Below, in pieces: positions 44,667 through 47,882 of a DNA stretch of 47,882 bases (the stretch's first letter is position 1; each line of letters begins with the position of its first letter). The DNA comes from a virus. Lineage: Duplodnaviria > Caudoviricetes. Location: IMG/VR virus record IMGVR_UViG_3300020458_000006, positions 1 through 47,882 of that record. The stretch is one strand, 5' to 3'. The translations under genes were made by a program, and so were the position numbers. The notes beneath the pieces were generated by a model, which saw nothing but the letters and a program-made list of their open reading frames with translations, searched no databases and had not been told where the DNA came from.

Positions 44667-46715
44667 GTGATCAAGCTCCGGCTATGGAAACGACGGCAGG
44701 ACACCCCCGGGCCAGTTGATCTCCGGTTTACCCCTGACCCCGGCATCCTCCTGGAGCTGCTGCGCCCAAGGGAAGCGACCCCCGGGCCGGTCACGCTCCA
44801 GTTTGGCCGCTATGAGCCGCCGGAGTACCCGACCTATAACGGCGCCCTGCAGGCCACCCTGCCGACCCCAGAGCTGCCAGAGCTAACCCTGGCCGCCGAG
44901 GGCGAAAGCGCCGTCCCGCCGGTCATGGGCACCCTACAGGCCGACCTGCCACCCCCGGCACTGACAGAGCTGACGCTGGACGCCATCGACCAGACCCTGC
45001 GGGGAGACTTGCTCGCGGCCCTGCCGGAAGCCAGCGCGCCCATGACTCTGACCGCACAGGGCACCTACAACCTGGACCTTCCGGACGCCGACGGCGTAGC
45101 AGTGGGCCTGCCGTCGCGGAATTTCCGCACCAGCCAGACCCCACTGGCCACCGCACAACAGGAGATGCGCCGGACCCAGACCGCCCTGGCCGCCGCCGAA
45201 GCCCAGACCCTGCCGGTCACCAAAGGCCACAGCATTCGCCAGCAGCAATCGGACAAGCTGGCCACCAGTCGGAGCCTTCAGGCCCAGCACGGCCGGAAGC
45301 TGGAAGGCCGAGCCACCACCTTGGGCCACGCCGATGCGGTCCGGGTAAGGCAGGCCTTCACCAGCGACCATCAGCACGGCATCCGGCTGGCCCGAAGCGT
45401 TCGCCAGGACTACGCAGACACCATCAAGCTAAGAGCCACCCGGCGCCTGAGCGAACAGCAGGCCACCCCGACCGCCGGCAGCCTGACCATACGGGCCAAC
45501 CAGGGCGCCAAGTTGGCCCTGCAGATCAGCATCCGGCAAACCCAGGCGATTTACCCGCCGCCCGGGCTGGCCACCTGGCCGCCACCGGTTGACCCGGAAA
45601 CGCCGGATGACGACCAGATTGTGCTCCGGTTCTGCCGAGAGCAAGACGGCACCACAACACTGATATTCGGTTGCCCGGATGAAAAGCCAGACCCGGGCGA
45701 TACCATCATCATCCCCATCAGGGAGATATACACCGTGATCAACACCCTGACCCTGACCGAGCTGGACGGCACACCGTTACCAGCGGAGGATTTCAGCGCC
45801 AGCATCGACGCCGACTCCTGGACCTGGAGCTGGTCAACCCGCATCCCGGCCAGCGCCCTGGCACAAGTGCGCCCCGACAGCAGCACCCGGGTGGAGCTGA
45901 TCGCCACCATCAACGGCGAGCCCCTGCGCGTGCTTGTCGAAAATATCCAGAGAGAGCGCCGGTTCGGCGAGGCCTGGCTTCGGGTTTCAGGGCGGGGCCG
46001 CGCGGCGTTTCTGGCCGCACCCCTGGCACCGGTCACTCAGTACACCAACACCAGCGGCATGACCGCCCAGCAGGCCCTGAATGAAACACTGAAAATCAAC
46101 GGCGTTCCGATCGGCTGGTCGCTCGACTGGCAGATCGAGGACTGGCAGATACCCGTCGGTATCTGGTCCCATAACGGCACTTGGATCGACGCGGCGAAGC
46201 GGATCGCTGAGGCCGGCGGCGCCTACGTCCAGAGCCATGACACCGACCAGACTCTACGGATTCTGCCCCGGTACCCGGTCGCCCCCTGGGACTGGTTAAG
46301 CGCCACCCCCGACATTGTACTGCCGGAGGACGTTGTGGAAGTGGAGGGCATCGAGTGGCAGGAAAAACCGGACTATAACGCGGTCTGGGTACACGGCGGC
46401 GAACAGGGCCGAGCGGACCGGATCATCATCGGCAGCACCGGCGGCACCAACCCCGCCCCGACCATTGTCGACGACCTGGCCACCGACCCGGCCATGACGC
46501 GCCAGCGGGGGCTGGCCCTGCTGGGCGATACCGGCAAGCAAGCCCAGATCAGCCTGCGCCTGCCGGTACTGCCGGAAACCGGAATGATACGGCCCGGCAC
46601 CCTGATCGAATACCAGGAACAGGGCAACACCCGCCGGGGCCTGGTACGCAGCCTGAGCATCAACCACAGCTGGCCGGAGCTATGGCAGACCATCGGAGTA
46701 GAAACCCATGAGTAA
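44667..46715 (+). CDS. Tail hub/tip protein
   Basis: Pro-rich N-terminus; Trp-rich C-domain IDADSWTWSW...PDYNAVWV. Confidence 0.7.
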   Translation: MIKLRLWKRRQDTPGPVDLRFTPDPGILLELLRPREATPGPVTLQFGRYEPPEYPTYNGALQATLPTPELPELTLAAEGESAVPPVMGTLQADLPPPALTELTLDAIDQTLRGDLLAALPEASAPMTLTAQGTYNLDLPDADGVAVGLPSRNFRTSQTPLATAQQEMRRTQTALAAAEAQTLPVTKGHSIRQQQSDKLATSRSLQAQHGRKLEGRATTLGHADAVRVRQAFTSDHQHGIRLARSVRQDYADTIKLRATRRLSEQQATPTAGSLTIRANQGAKLALQISIRQTQAIYPPPGLATWPPPVDPETPDDDQIVLRFCREQDGTTTLIFGCPDEKPDPGDTIIIPIREIYTVINTLTLTELDGTPLPAEDFSASIDADSWTWSWSTRIPASALAQVRPDSSTRVELIATINGEPLRVLVENIQRERRFGEAWLRVSGRGRAAFLAAPLAPVTQYTNTSGMTAQQALNETLKINGVPIGWSLDWQIEDWQIPVGIWSHNGTWIDAAKRIAEAGGAYVQSHDTDQTLRILPRYPVAPWDWLSATPDIVLPEDVVEVEGIEWQEKPDYNAVWVHGGEQGRADRIIIGSTGGTNPAPTIVDDLATDPAMTRQRGLALLGDTGKQAQISLRLPVLPETGMIRPGTLIEYQEQGNTRRGLVRSLSINHSWPELWQTIGVETHE

Positions 46716-46929
46716 CCTGTATAAGCGCCTGCTCGGATTGCTGCCGAGCGAACCCAGGGACAAAGGGGAGGTGATAGCGAACACCCCGGACGGGGCCATC
46801 GTGGAGCTGGTGACCGGCGCCCGGGTACGGGTAAGGGGCGCCGCCAGTGTAGGGGATCATGTTTTCATACGGGGCCGGCAGATTGAGGGGCCGGCTCCGG
46901 CTTTGGGCGGGGTGGATCAGACTATTTAG
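46708..46929 (+). CDS. Small tail tip protein
   Basis: VRVRGAASVGDHVFIRG..IEGPAP; last gene of the tail operon. Confidence 0.65.
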   Translation: MSNLYKRLLGLLPSEPRDKGEVIANTPDGAIVELVTGARVRVRGAASVGDHVFIRGRQIEGPAPALGGVDQTI

Positions 46930-47470
46930 CCGCAGCCCCTAGTGCTGCCTTCACCTCATCGCAGGTCCACTCCGGCTCCCCTGTCAGCGTGGGCAGCCCC
47001 TCGTTTTTTAACTCTTCTGCGATCTCGTCTGGGCTAAGGCCATCACCATGAAGATGCTTAATCAGCGACCTAATAGATTCGGCCTGGCTGGCCGGCGCTT
47101 TCCGGGCTCTGACTACAGGCTTGATCGCAGGTCTCGGCGGTGCTGCTGGGGCTGGCTTCGCCGGCTCGCTTTTTTGCGTTGGTGACGGTGGAGCCTGAAG
47201 CTCAACAAGCTGTTTTAAGTATTCGGCAGACTGGCGCGTATTGTTTTCGGAGTCCAGGAAGAGCTGGATAATCTCCGCGATCGAAACAAATACCGCAAAC
47301 GAGACGAGCGCTCCCAGCCCCATCAGCATAACGACCCCGGTAATCCCGTCATCCTTCGCGATCACCAGGCCGGCGATAACGAATATGACGCTCACCACAT
47401 ATCCGACCGTTTTATACCATGCCGCAATTATCCGGAGCGCCGGGTACTTTCCTTTTGCTGACTCTTTCAT
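46922..47470 (-). CDS. Moron: two-TM membrane protein with Pro-rich linker and HTH-like C-terminus
   Basis: KYPALRIIA..2 TM..; GLSPDEIAEELKNEGLPTLTGEPEWT. Confidence 0.7.
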   Translation of the reverse strand: MKESAKGKYPALRIIAAWYKTVGYVVSVIFVIAGLVIAKDDGITGVVMLMGLGALVSFAVFVSIAEIIQLFLDSENNTRQSAEYLKQLVELQAPPSPTQKSEPAKPAPAAPPRPAIKPVVRARKAPASQAESIRSLIKHLHGDGLSPDEIAEELKNEGLPTLTGEPEWTCDEVKAALGAAAK

Positions 47471-47565
47471 CGCGCCCTCCGATTAGTTGCGCTTGTAGCT
47501 TGATGTCGATGAGATGCGACTGTGGGGCGGATGAGCGTGATTAAGAGTAACGTCCTTTTGAGCAT
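47467..47565 (-). CDS. 32-codon ORF, possible gene remnant or leader
   Basis: SD AAGGAGG, MLKRTLLLITLIRPTVASHRHQATSATNRRAR, ATGA overlap with the moron start. Confidence 0.45.
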   Translation of the reverse strand: MLKRTLLLITLIRPTVASHRHQATSATNRRAR

Positions 47566-47704
47566 GCTAACCTCCTTTTTTGGATACCTTAGCCAATGCA
47601 GCCATAAACTGCATGTCAAATAGTGTTAAATAGCATGCTGACGGATGTTAGTTACCCTGAAATTTGGTGGGTGTGACGCCAAAACGGCAACCAAAACTAT
47701 AATG

Positions 47705-47717
47705 TAAGGCTTTGATT
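47705..47717 (-). promoter_or_regulatory. IHF site in the att arm
   Basis: AATCAA-AGCC-TTA matches WATCAANNNNTTR. Confidence 0.6.
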
Positions 47718-47806
47718 TATAAAGTCTGAAATTCCCGATTTTCTGGGCGCACGAAATACCCGCTTTCCTTTTTATATCAATGCCCTGTCCGGCTTGTCGC
47801 CCATAT

Positions 47807-47859
47807 ATGGGGTGCAAGGGGTCGTAGGTTCAAATCCTACCGTCCCGACCAGAATTCCC
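47807..47859 (+). repeat. attR core (duplicated tRNA 3' half)
   Basis: Identical to 25..77. Confidence 0.97.
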
Positions 47860-47882
47860 TACACAAAGCCCGGGCCGAAAGG

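Larger units (their letters stand above)
25..47859. mobile_element. Complete-looking temperate siphovirus-type prophage
   Basis: att repeats at both ends; integrase, cI/cro, replication, terminase, capsid, portal, tape measure and lysis genes all present as intact ORFs. Confidence 0.95.

Noticed and set aside
47807-47851. Second tRNA gene
   Set aside because: Only the 3' half is present; it is the attR duplication
1-47882. CRISPR array, IS element, retron or invertase cassette
   Set aside because: No repeat-spacer array, transposase, reverse transcriptase or serine invertase seen

Overview
The window is an apparently complete ~47.8 kb temperate siphovirus-type prophage, probably from a gammaproteobacterium (host is inference). 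It is integrated into the 3' half of a tRNA-Pro(GGG) gene and bounded by a 53-bp direct repeat (25..77 and 47807..47859). Layout: integrase/excisionase; a leftward early operon (small accessory genes, two HNH-AP2 endonucleases, a cassette-like DUF551 protein, YqaJ exonuclease plus RecT-like annealase, LuxR-HTH); a cI/cro switch with 17-bp operators; a rightward early operon (structured non-coding tract, secreted protein, Acb2 anti-CBASS homologue, RdgC-FtsK-gamma fusion, antirepressor, initiator, DnaB, adenine MTase, NinB/NinG); holin/spanins; a Mor-like activator; terminase; rearranged lambda-like head genes; endolysin; tail genes; and a terminal moron. Best leads: (1) a ~260-nt highly structured non-coding element right after cro, in the same operon as Acb2; (2) a P1-C4/P4-CI-like antisense RNA switch controlling an Rha gene, inserted with a stand-alone WYL gene into the head module; (3) twin 15-bp late-promoter boxes; (4) 14 early proteins ending in Ala-Ala. 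All product calls come from motif recognition by eye; no database searches were run.
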